Below, piece by piece: positions 9,742 to 17,870 of a DNA stretch of 64,000 nucleotides; position 1 is the first letter of the stretch; each line of letters begins with the position of its first letter. The translations under genes and the position numbers were made by a program. The stretch lies in sequence record NC_010811.2, one strand, 5' to 3'. The notes beneath the pieces are model-generated. The model was given only the letters and a program-made list of their open reading frames with translations, was not told the origin of the DNA and made no database searches.

Positions 9742-9914
9742 AGCGAATCCTCTGCCTGTTCACAGGCCATCGCTGGGGTGGCTGGCGCAACATCACCCAC
9801 AAGACGCTGGTGCCGGGGCTCCATTCCACCGTGGTCCTTCGCTCGCGCTGCTGCGAACGTTGTGGCCGACTACAAACCGACCTCGTTTCGTACAAGGATC
9901 ATGGCAAAAGCTAA
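9738..9914 (+). CDS. Small DUF1660-like Cys/His protein (not in ORF track)
   Basis: SD AAGGAGG; MKRILCLFTGHRW...CERCGRLQ; similar to 10921..11109. Confidence 0.6.
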   Translation: MKRILCLFTGHRWGGWRNITHKTLVPGLHSTVVLRSRCCERCGRLQTDLVSYKDHGKS

Positions 9915-10356
9915 AGAAGCAGTCAAGCCGTACAACATGGTGCTCGTTCGCGAGTCGGTGCAGGGATGTGATGAAGGATATGTTGTGGTCGCGTATCGTA
10001 GCGATCCCACGAACAAGGTTCGCCGCCGCGATCTGCCCGCAACCATGTACTTCGGTTCGGGCCCCTCGCTGAGCGTCACACCCAAGCCCGGTCACGAGTC
10101 GTTCATGCTGGACACGACAGGCAAGCACAAGTCGTGGATAGACAAAGAGGAGCTGAAGGCTGAAGGATACTCGCCCAGTGAGGCGTTCGTCTACTATCGC
10201 CGAGTTCCGCTCACCAAAGAAGAGCAGGCAATGGTCGACCTGTTCGACGAAATCCTGGCGCGTGCCACCTTGCCCGTCGATCTGAAAGAACGGATCACGG
10301 CGTACCTCAAGGAAATTCAAGAAGGCACTGTGGACGACCCAGTCGTCTCGATCTAA
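9901..10356 (+). CDS. Hypothetical protein
   Basis: ATG 9901 inside ORF 9778..10356. Confidence 0.6.
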   Translation: MAKAKEAVKPYNMVLVRESVQGCDEGYVVVAYRSDPTNKVRRRDLPATMYFGSGPSLSVTPKPGHESFMLDTTGKHKSWIDKEELKAEGYSPSEAFVYYRRVPLTKEEQAMVDLFDEILARATLPVDLKERITAYLKEIQEGTVDDPVVSI

Positions 10357-10381
10357 CTATCACATCAACCGGAGCAACATC

Positions 10382-10918
10382 ATGAACCAAGACACCCAAG
10401 ACCTGATCAAGAAGCGCGACGCGAAGCTCACTCGCCTGAAGTTCACCCCGTCGGCTGCGCCACGCACGTTGGTGGACGGCTGGTTCGCCGACATCACCAA
10501 GCAGCAGGTCTTCGATCGCGTGGTCGCGTTCCTCGTTCTGCAGGGGAAACAGTCGCGGGGTACCGAGAGTGGCGTGCCCTACTGCATGTATCGTGGCACG
10601 AGCAAGTCCATGTGTGCCGCAGGCTGTCTGCTGCCCGACGCGTTCTACGATCGCAAGGCACAAGAAGGCGTGGATTTCTACGGTGTGCTGCGTCGCATTG
10701 AGCGAAGCACGATACCCGGCGCACGTGACTGGGTGAAGATGGTCCTGCCGTTCCGTGATCTGATCCAAAAACTGCAAGAGGCGCACGATGCATTCAATCG
10801 CAAGGTGAGCGCACATCCCGACTTCCTGTCGGCGTTCTTGCATGAAGCGGCGCTGCTGGCCCAAGCGTACGACCTGCAAATGGATCCGTTCATGTATCGC
10901 CAACTGCTGGACGCCTGA
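10382..10918 (+). CDS. Hypothetical protein
   Basis: SD GGAG; CMYRG..KSMCAAGCLLPD motif. Confidence 0.7.
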   Translation: MNQDTQDLIKKRDAKLTRLKFTPSAAPRTLVDGWFADITKQQVFDRVVAFLVLQGKQSRGTESGVPYCMYRGTSKSMCAAGCLLPDAFYDRKAQEGVDFYGVLRRIERSTIPGARDWVKMVLPFRDLIQKLQEAHDAFNRKVSAHPDFLSAFLHEAALLAQAYDLQMDPFMYRQLLDA

Positions 10919-10920
10919 TC

Positions 10921-11109
10921 ATGTGCCTTCCATTCCTTCACAAGTGGACCAAGTGGGAAGTCAAAAGCCGCGCCTCGCTTCAGATGGACATCCTCAACGA
11001 GCAAGGTAAGCGATTCACGCACACCGTGCCTGAGGGCATCGCCCATCAGGAGCGTGTCTGTCAGCGATGCGGCCGCTTGCAAATCCGCATCACAACCGCC
11101 AAACTATAA
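10921..11109 (+). CDS. Small DUF1660-like protein
   Basis: MCLPFLHKWTKW...RVCQRCGRLQ. Confidence 0.55.
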   Translation: MCLPFLHKWTKWEVKSRASLQMDILNEQGKRFTHTVPEGIAHQERVCQRCGRLQIRITTAKL

Positions 11110-11483
11110 TGGACATCGTTCTGCTCCAACCACACACCGTTGAGTTCGTTCCCACACCGTTCCAGTTCGCCGGGTATCAGAAGGGTGCCCAGGACTGGCT
11201 CAAGCAGTGGACCGTGCCCAACAACTTCAAGTCGGTCATCACCAAGAACAGCAAGTACCTGAATCTGGATATTGAGGCAGTGGTCAATGCGTGGTTTCAT
11301 CAGTTGAACGCAGACGCGCGACACGCGATCGGCTACATGCTTCCGCCTGAAGTGCGGGAAACGTATGAATTCACCAAGGACTTCATCTTCCGCTACAAGG
11401 TGCTCAAGCTCGAATGGGGCCAGCAATTCTGGCTGGCCGACGGCGTCATCCATACGGCAGCGTTCACCAAGCCTACGCAGTAA
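11109..11483 (+). CDS. Hypothetical protein
   Basis: TAATG overlap. Confidence 0.6.
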   Translation: MDIVLLQPHTVEFVPTPFQFAGYQKGAQDWLKQWTVPNNFKSVITKNSKYLNLDIEAVVNAWFHQLNADARHAIGYMLPPEVRETYEFTKDFIFRYKVLKLEWGQQFWLADGVIHTAAFTKPTQ

Positions 11484-11517
11484 ATGAAGTAGAGCCCCTC
11501 AACAATCAAGGACAATC

Positions 11518-11811
11518 ATGTTCACAGCAGAGCAAGCACGTAGCACCTATCTCGAGAACTGCCAGCGTCAAGCCGACGAGCATCTCGAGAAGATCGGCCA
11601 ACTCATCGAGAAGCTGTCGGTGGATCGACTGACCACCGCCTGCGATCTGGAAGCTAACCTGCACGTGCGCGAGCGCGTGGTGCAGGGTCTGCAGGAGGCC
11701 GGGTATCACGTCACCTGCACGGGCATCAACGAGCCTCTGACCGAACGCGACGTGTCTGACCAACTCCCAGTGGAGGAAGTCGAGACGTACGAGCTGACCA
11801 TTAGCTGGTAA
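11518..11811 (+). CDS. Hypothetical protein
   Basis: SD AAGGA, 97 aa. Confidence 0.6.
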   Translation: MFTAEQARSTYLENCQRQADEHLEKIGQLIEKLSVDRLTTACDLEANLHVRERVVQGLQEAGYHVTCTGINEPLTERDVSDQLPVEEVETYELTISW

Positions 11812-11844
11812 GCCCCATATTCACCAACAAACAAGACACCCATC

Positions 11845-12210
11845 ATGGACAATCAGCCCTCACAAATTTCGGTCGCCGATATGCTGGAAATCGGCATGAC
11901 AGAGGTTCAGCGCAACTTCAACGCCATCATCGGTGGCCTGAAGGAATTCAATCAAAGTGGTCTGGCGGTAGCCGCTACTGCCCGCGCATTGCAGGAACTG
12001 CATGCCTTGGCTGCGCAGCAAAAGCAACTGGAGGCCCAGATCAAGGCACTTCGGAAGGTGTGGGAAGCTACTGAAGATTGGTTGGACTCCCGCGAAAAGC
12101 CAGCCACTCCCACAGAAGTGGCGGACGGTGCCTTGGCAACGGTGGACGACTCGATCGCTGAGTTCAACAACCATCTCATGATGGTTCTGGCGCAGGCCGC
12201 CAAGGAGTAA
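11845..12210 (+). CDS. Coiled-coil hypothetical protein
   Basis: 121 aa, heptad-like ALQELHALAAQQKQLEAQIKAL. Confidence 0.6.
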   Translation: MDNQPSQISVADMLEIGMTEVQRNFNAIIGGLKEFNQSGLAVAATARALQELHALAAQQKQLEAQIKALRKVWEATEDWLDSREKPATPTEVADGALATVDDSIAEFNNHLMMVLAQAAKE

Positions 12211-12214
12211 GACC

Positions 12215-12694
12215 GTGGATCACTTCCAGAAAGAGCTACAGCAGATCCGCGACGGTATCGACGAGCGCATCCGCGAATTCGGCCACACGTTCGTAGGCGT
12301 CTTTCCCACGGCGGAGGACCCCACCCCGGTCACGCCCTTCATGTACACGGTGGGACTCACCGCGAAGGGCTGGCCCGAGATCATCGCCACCGGCAATCTG
12401 TCGGTGCGTGCGATGCAGTGGTGTCTTGGGGCAGTTGTCAGCACCATGGAGAAGGAGGGCGCTGACTTCCGTACCGGCATCCGCCACGATCTGTTCAACT
12501 TCAAGTGCGAGCTGCGCTGGGTCACAAGCGAAGAGCTGCGCATGGAATACGCGGTGCACGCTACCCGCTTGTATGGCGACAACGTGCGAGTGCTGCAACT
12601 GGTCTGGACCGACGATCAGAACCGATTACCGGACGAACCGGGCTATGACGCTCAGCGCTTCATTCAGCAGGTGTTCCCTGCCACTGACCAATGA
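12215..12694 (+). CDS. DUF4262-like protein
   Basis: GHTFVGVF...PFMYTVGLTAKGWPEIIATG...VLQLVWTDDQNRLP pattern. Confidence 0.75.
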   Translation: MDHFQKELQQIRDGIDERIREFGHTFVGVFPTAEDPTPVTPFMYTVGLTAKGWPEIIATGNLSVRAMQWCLGAVVSTMEKEGADFRTGIRHDLFNFKCELRWVTSEELRMEYAVHATRLYGDNVRVLQLVWTDDQNRLPDEPGYDAQRFIQQVFPATDQ

Positions 12695-12876
12695 CCCCCG
12701 AACACGCAACTGACACCCTCGTGCGCATGGCCCGAGGTAGCAAGGCAACCATGGGCATCATGGTGATGCTCTACACTCTCGGCAAGGATCAATGGCGACG
12801 AGAGAAGCGAGCTGCTCGGCTCACAGCCAATCGCCGTAAGAAGCAGCGTCGCGCACGCACAGGACGTCGATCATGA
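12691..12876 (+). CDS. Small basic hypothetical protein
   Basis: ATGA overlaps on both sides. Confidence 0.5.
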   Translation: MTPEHATDTLVRMARGSKATMGIMVMLYTLGKDQWRREKRAARLTANRRKKQRRARTGRRS

Positions 12877-13103
12877 ACGCGCTCCAATACGTCACCGACA
12901 TGAGCGCCGTGTGCGGCGGCTTCTTCTCTATGGAGAAGCCCTGCACCAAGGCCAGTGGATCGGAGATCCGTCGCTGGATCCAACAGTCGTCTATCGTTGT
13001 GAACGGGCAAGTGGTGCGCGACCCGAAGGCTGTTATCGCACTGCCTGTCACCAGTTTCGTGCTGTTTCCCAAGTCACCCAAGAAGCGCATCACCATTCTA
13101 TGA
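12873..13103 (+). CDS. Stand-alone S4-like RNA-binding domain (TyrRS C-terminal-like)
   Basis: SGSEIRRWIQQSSIVVNGQVVRDP matches the S4 SxSEARRLIxQGxVxVNG pattern. Confidence 0.7.
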   Translation: MNALQYVTDMSAVCGGFFSMEKPCTKASGSEIRRWIQQSSIVVNGQVVRDPKAVIALPVTSFVLFPKSPKKRITIL

Positions 13104-13236
13104 TGGATCTCGACGACCTGACCTTTGTTCCTGGCTTTGTGCTGGGCATTGTTATCGGACTAGCCGCTGGTCTCCTGCTTTGCGGCTACCACGCAATCAC
13201 TACCTTCTAACCCAAAGACACCCAACGAGGTTACTC

Positions 13237-14217
13237 ATGGACGGCATCATTCGCAAACTCACCCGTGGCGCATACGACATCCAGCAACTGCGCATCGCAA
13301 CCGGACTGCGCGTCGTTGCACAATTCCGCGATCGGTTCAACGTGCCGGAACCCGTGACCGACGTGCAACTGGATCATGCAACGACGGGCGAAGCGCGTGC
13401 GGCACTCGACGCCGAGGCCAAGGAAAAGGCGGACAAGCAACGCGACGCCCTGCTCAAGCAGATCCGCATTCACTTCGACCGCGTGACCGATGGCATCGTT
13501 GCCACCCAACGCCGCAAGACCTATCACTTCGACGACGTGTTCAAGGACGAGACCGACGTGTGGTTCATGGAGAACTACATGGGGATTCTGGACCAGGAAC
13601 AGCAGGCGTTCAAGCGTCTGGAGCGCGCACTTGGCAAGAACGGCTTCTACAATGACTGGCTGGCGAACGTCAAGGGCATCGGCCCGGCGATGGCTGGCGT
13701 TCTCATCTCGGAACTCGATCCGTACCGCGCCAAGTACCCGTCCAGCTTCTGGAAGTACTCGGGGCTGGATGTGGTGACGGTCGTCGATCCCGAAACGCAT
13801 GACATCGTCCGCACCGAGGGGCGCCGCAACTTCAAGCATCACCTCGTGGAGTCCACATACACGGACCGCGATGGCAAGGAACAGACGAAGATGGGGCTGT
13901 CGTACAACCCATGGCTCAAGACCAAGCTGCTCGCGGTGATGGCACCCTCCTTCCTCAAGTGCTCGCACCCGGTCTACAGCAAGATGTACTACGACTACAA
14001 GCTCCGCCAGTTGAATCGGCCCGAGCTCAAGGACAACAAGGCGGTGAAGGCCATCGCCCACAAGCGCGCACTGCGCTACGTGGCCAAGATGTTCCTGCGC
14101 GATCTGCATACGGCATGGCGCACGTATGAGGGGCTGGAAGTCTATCCGTCGTACGAGGAAGCGAAGCTGGGCATGACCCACGGTCGCGATCCTTCGGCTG
14201 AAGCCGCACGTCAGTAA
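13237..14217 (+). CDS. tasA: IS110/Nop-domain RNA-binding protein, TasA-like (no RuvC or HNH domain seen)
   Basis: 326 aa; N-terminal helical region (LRIATGLR), WLANVKGIGPAMAGVLISEL HhH-like motif, SSFWKYSGLDV, YNPWLKTKL, YYDYK, AHKRALRYVAKMFLRDL; no DEDD domain and no PxxxxSG catalytic-Ser loop; directly upstream of a dual-repeat array. Confidence 0.8.
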   Translation: MDGIIRKLTRGAYDIQQLRIATGLRVVAQFRDRFNVPEPVTDVQLDHATTGEARAALDAEAKEKADKQRDALLKQIRIHFDRVTDGIVATQRRKTYHFDDVFKDETDVWFMENYMGILDQEQQAFKRLERALGKNGFYNDWLANVKGIGPAMAGVLISELDPYRAKYPSSFWKYSGLDVVTVVDPETHDIVRTEGRRNFKHHLVESTYTDRDGKEQTKMGLSYNPWLKTKLLAVMAPSFLKCSHPVYSKMYYDYKLRQLNRPELKDNKAVKAIAHKRALRYVAKMFLRDLHTAWRTYEGLEVYPSYEEAKLGMTHGRDPSAEAARQ

Positions 14218-14225
14218 AGCAAGAA

Positions 14226-14245
14226 CAGGGACCTTCGGGTCCCTG
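14226..14245 (+). terminator. cUUCGg hairpin between tas gene and array (terminator or processing/stabilising stem)
   Basis: CAGGGACC-TTCG-GGTCCCTG, perfect 8-bp stem, no U-tract after it. Confidence 0.6.
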
Positions 14246-14257
14246 CCAAACAGGAGA

Positions 14258-15578
14258 AGTCATCCTACGATAAATAGCGCACCAGAAGCGCAAAGACTCC
14301 CCTATAGCGGTGGTGTACCCTGTGAACTAAGACAACCATTGCTAGGTAGTGAGTCAATATCATACAGTCATCCTATAGATGAGAGCGCATCATTGTGCTA
14401 AAGACACCCATACTCAGTGAGTGATCGAGCCACAGAAGTCCTCCTTGGCAGGAGAGTGATCCTATGGAACAAAGAAACCCGAGATCATAGAGTGTGCCTC
14501 TTGAAATGTAGTCACCCTATAAAAGCGAGCGACCTCAGAGATAAAGTCACCCCAATAGTTGTAGTGTGCCCGCAGTAGCAAGTCACCCAAGTCCGATCCT
14601 AGCGACTCTTCTACGAAAGCAACCCATCGCAGCTTAGTGTTCCTTCCAATGGCAGTCATCCAGTATCATAGAGTGCACCCGTCCGCCGTGAGCCCGCCGT
14701 AATAGCGCAGTGCATACCTAAAAAGCTAAGTCACCCTGAGAGATGCTAGTGAGCCACGAACCGGAGACACCCGATATAGTACAGCGCTCCACGAATATGG
14801 AGGCATCCAACCAAGAGTAGTGACCCAAACGCAAGATTCATCCCAGAGACACAAGTGCTCCATGTGCGCGAAAGTAACCCCAAAGAAGGGAGAGCACCTG
14901 ACTGACCTAGTCACCCCTTAGTACACAGTGTTCCTTTGTAGTCAAGTCCTCCAGAAACAAGGAGTGAGTCCGTAAACTGCTAGACATCCATTAACGCAAA
15001 GTGTGTCATCATGGGGGGAGTCAGCCACAGAGCAGTAGCGAGCCTACAAAACTAAGACACCCAGAAAAGTGAAGCGCGCCGCATCAGGCTAGTCACCCTT
15101 AGAATTGAAGTGCACCTAGGATACGAAGACGCCCCATATCAGCTAGTGCGCCACCCGAATGAAGGCATCCTCCCTTGTTTAGCGGCCCTATGACGTAAGG
15201 CACCCTCATCATGCCAGCGGCCTTGTAAGATGAGACACCCGTTTCACATGAGTGAACCGACCGGTATAAGGCAACCTCGGTATGCCAGTGACCCGAGAAC
15301 CAAAGACAACCGATCCCCTCTAGTGCGTCCACCCGAAATAGAACACCCGAGCCACGAGCGCTCCGTTCAAGATTAGTCACCCGTTATTGCCAAGAGCACC
15401 AGAACAATCCAGCCTCCCGTTACACAGGAGTGAGCCCTCATGTCAGAGTCAGCCATAAAGGCATAGTGACCCGCGTTCTCAAGTCCCCCAATCTACATGA
15501 GTGACCCTTAGTTCCAAGACCTCCTTAACTCTTGAGTGTGCCTGTTGCAGTGAGCAATCCCATTGTATGCAGCGTGCC
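14258..15578 (+). ncRNA. TIGR-like dual-repeat guide-RNA array, 37 units of about 36 nt
   Basis: Repeat A (AGTCACCC/AGACACCC/AGTCATCC type) starts at 14258, 14294, 14330, 14366, 14402 ... 15553; repeat B (AGTGAGCC/AGCGCACC/AGTGTGCC type) at 14276, 14312, 14348 ... 15571; mean A-to-A period 1295/36 = 36.0 nt; spacers 9-12 nt (mostly 10), apparently unique; no credible ORF. Confidence 0.88.
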
Positions 15579-15642
15579 CTGACGTCTCCTCTCGAAAGCA
15601 AGCTACGCAGCCTTCACATCTAACCAGAACCTGGAGCAGTAA

Positions 15643-16605
15643 ATGACTGTTGAATACCTCATCCCTCGTTCCCTTACGTACGTGGAACGCGACTGCCAAC
15701 CGCTGGGACTGGCACGTGCGCTCAAAGCGCTGTCTCATGAATTCGATCCGCCAACAGCGCGTATCGCCGACGAGAATGCGAGTCGGCTTGCCGCAGAGCT
15801 TGGCTTCTTTGAGATGAAGGAGCCTACGCCGTCTGCGCGACTCGACTGCATCCGTTTGATGCGCGAGCGCGTGGCTGTCTATCTCAAGAAGCGCTTCGAG
15901 CATCTGATGCCTGAGCCCATGTGCGCCACTTACGACTGGGCAGCGGACATGGAACTCGTACTGATGCGGTCTTACAAGCCTGAGATTGGCCGCTGCACAC
16001 CCATGGCGCGCACGGTCAACATGAGCGTGTTGGAAGTGGAAGAGAAGGAAGCCTTGGCGGCGCCTCGTCCTCCGCTTGTGTCGGGCATCAACTCCACGTT
16101 TCAGCCTCTGACGAAGAAGGCATATACACGCTCGCAGTACGCACACGGCGACTGTCGTGTAGCCGAGGTGTTGAATGACGTGCGTGCCTGCATTCCGATC
16201 CCTGACATTCAGTTCTTCATCGTCGTGCGCACAGTGCAGACTGCCGACGTTCTTGCCTGGGCGTGCACCCAGTTCATGCCAGATGAGTTGGTACTCACTC
16301 TTACGGGCACGACCAGCTCCGACGAGCGGCAGCGTTCCATCGAGGCATTCAACAATGGGCACTGCAAAGTGCTGATCGCCACGTTCCACATGCTTCAGGG
16401 CTTTCGCTTTGCAAAGCGGCCAGCGATAGCGGTAAGCTCCACGGCTCCCTGCTACGAAGAAGACGCAAATCAGATCCTCGGCCGGCTGAACGCAGATACG
16501 CCGGTGGTCCACACCAACTTGGCAGTGTGGCGCATCCACACCAACTTGGCAGTGTGGCGCATCCAGGACCACGAAGACCGCCAACACTGTGCACAGGAGG
16601 ACTGA
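15643..16605 (+). CDS. Protein with an isolated SF2 helicase C-terminal (RecA2-like) domain
   Basis: LTGTTSSDERQRSIEAFNNGHCKVLIATFHMLQGF...QILGRLN; no Walker A/DEAD half seen. Confidence 0.65.
   Translation: MTVEYLIPRSLTYVERDCQPLGLARALKALSHEFDPPTARIADENASRLAAELGFFEMKEPTPSARLDCIRLMRERVAVYLKKRFEHLMPEPMCATYDWAADMELVLMRSYKPEIGRCTPMARTVNMSVLEVEEKEALAAPRPPLVSGINSTFQPLTKKAYTRSQYAHGDCRVAEVLNDVRACIPIPDIQFFIVVRTVQTADVLAWACTQFMPDELVLTLTGTTSSDERQRSIEAFNNGHCKVLIATFHMLQGFRFAKRPAIAVSSTAPCYEEDANQILGRLNADTPVVHTNLAVWRIHTNLAVWRIQDHEDRQHCAQED
16508..16565 (+). repeat. Perfect 27-nt tandem duplication (HTNLAVWRI x2)
   Basis: TCCACACCAACTTGGCAGTGTGGCGCA at 16508 and 16535, then TCCA. Confidence 0.9.
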
Positions 16606-16607
16606 TC

Positions 16608-16814
16608 ATGGCGCTGACCTACGAAGAACTTCTGCACATGAAGCATACGTTGGACACAACGCGTGACGACGATCGCGGCCATCATTACCTGCCGGAGAAG
16701 TACAGCCAGGACCTGAGCAAGTGCATCAACCTTGTGAACCGCGAGCTGCGCGCCCTGAAAAAGGTGAAGGATTTACAGGCCATAGGTCGCGCAAAACTGG
16801 GTGTTGCGAAATGA
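16608..16814 (+). CDS. Small hypothetical protein
   Basis: SD GGAGG, ATG 16608. Confidence 0.55.
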   Translation: MALTYEELLHMKHTLDTTRDDDRGHHYLPEKYSQDLSKCINLVNRELRALKKVKDLQAIGRAKLGVAK

Positions 16815-16833
16815 CAACAGTGGCGGGTGCCCC

Positions 16834-16862
16834 TTGTGGGCGCCCCCGCTTTGTGGCATAAT
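16834..16862 (+). promoter_or_regulatory. Sigma70-like promoter, same family as 6825 and 30890
   Basis: TTGTGG-N17-CATAAT with extended -10 TG, followed by the RBS stem-loop at 16893-16909. Confidence 0.65.
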
Positions 16863-16914
16863 GAACGCACCGCAGTAGTACACGTTCCACTTCTCCCATC
16901 GAAACGGAGGCCGT

Positions 16915-17271
16915 ATGCAATTCCCTTACCTGAACACCTGCGCACGTGTGATGATTTGCGATTTCATCATGGGCTGTCGAGACTACGAAAAGCTGTCTCA
17001 AATCCAGCGTGAGCAGGTAGACCGCGCCGCGCAGGTGGCAGTCGAAAATCTGTCGCAGTTCTTCCCTGCTTCTCGCATCAAATCCACGGAGCGGTGGCTG
17101 CGCAAGCAATACGATGAGCAGCCCGAAGACCTCATCGCCATGTCTATCGGTGACGACATCACAAGCGAAGGCGACATGGGAATCACGTACGAACACGACG
17201 ACTTCATCGTGACTGTCCCGCGTCGCCATGACGAGGTCTTGTCCGAACTCGGCGAAATCGTGGGGGCCTGA
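16915..17271 (+). CDS. Hypothetical protein (probably early-expressed)
   Basis: Follows promoter and RBS motif. Confidence 0.65.
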   Translation: MQFPYLNTCARVMICDFIMGCRDYEKLSQIQREQVDRAAQVAVENLSQFFPASRIKSTERWLRKQYDEQPEDLIAMSIGDDITSEGDMGITYEHDDFIVTVPRRHDEVLSELGEIVGA

Positions 17272-17273
17272 CC

Positions 17274-17870
17274 ATGGCACGTTCTCCTAGCGAGAACGTA
17301 GAACTCTGTCTGCAGTCGCTCGTTGAGAACGCTCCTGGATGTCTGTTGCATCCGGCGTTCCACGAGCGTCTTGGCTTTAAGGGACTCTACGTTCGTGATC
17401 TCCTGCGCGACGGCAGTCGCGGCTATGCAACGGTGCAGGGCACCATCTTTCTTGGTGCACGCAGCACCGTCAAGTTTCGCACGCCCAGTCCGTACTCCGT
17501 GCCCGGCGGCAAGTCCGACATGTCGCCCACGGGAGTGCTGTCCCACGAGTTTGGACACATCTTGCAGTTCGCGCTGGCAGGCGCACGCCGCAACGATCTA
17601 CTGCAAGAGCAGCGCGCCATCTACACCGACGATCGTCGCAACGGCATTACCGGCTATGGCCGCAGTCACTGGCAGGAAGACTTCGCAGAAGCGCATCGCC
17701 TCTATCTACTGAACCCGGATCTGCTCCGCACGTTGAGCGTCGAGCGCCTGAAGCTGGTAGAGCGTTGCTATCGCGCTGTTCTTGGCTGTCTGCCACGTCA
17801 CAAGCAGTTTTCTGTCGTACGCCGCCAGCGGGCGTCGCTGCTGGGCAACATGCTTCGGAGTCCATCATGA
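17274..17870 (+). CDS. Zincin-like metallopeptidase
   Basis: VLSHEFGH (HExxH) and YGRSHWQEDFAEA. Confidence 0.75.
   Translation: MARSPSENVELCLQSLVENAPGCLLHPAFHERLGFKGLYVRDLLRDGSRGYATVQGTIFLGARSTVKFRTPSPYSVPGGKSDMSPTGVLSHEFGHILQFALAGARRNDLLQEQRAIYTDDRRNGITGYGRSHWQEDFAEAHRLYLLNPDLLRTLSVERLKLVERCYRAVLGCLPRHKQFSVVRRQRASLLGNMLRSPS

Noticed and set aside
13216-13223. AGACACCC (repeat A-like) in the tas leader
   Set aside because: The same 8-mer also occurs near 10390 and 11835 with no periodic partner; not specific
13237-14217. Active IS110 insertion sequence or bridge recombinase
   Set aside because: No DEDD/RuvC domain, no catalytic-Ser loop and no IS ends seen; the adjacent RNA is a multi-unit array rather than a single bridge RNA
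15027-15054. Adjacent spacers ACAGAGCAGT and TACAAAACTA resemble 35823-35841 (ATAGAGCAGTACAAAATTC) and 52450-52460
   Set aside because: The match is same-strand, imperfect and needs a 1-nt overlap, whereas TIGR spacer pairs read opposite strands; matches of this length are plausible by chance with 74 spacers. Worth re-testing in a systematic search
14462-15380. Minus-strand ORFs 14462..14659, 14726..14914 and 15099..15380
   Set aside because: Short, no RBS, opposite to all real genes and overlapping the periodic array; chance ORFs
14258-15578. Canonical CRISPR array
   Set aside because: Repeats are 8 nt, degenerate and of two alternating types; spacers are about 10 nt; no cas genes in the window
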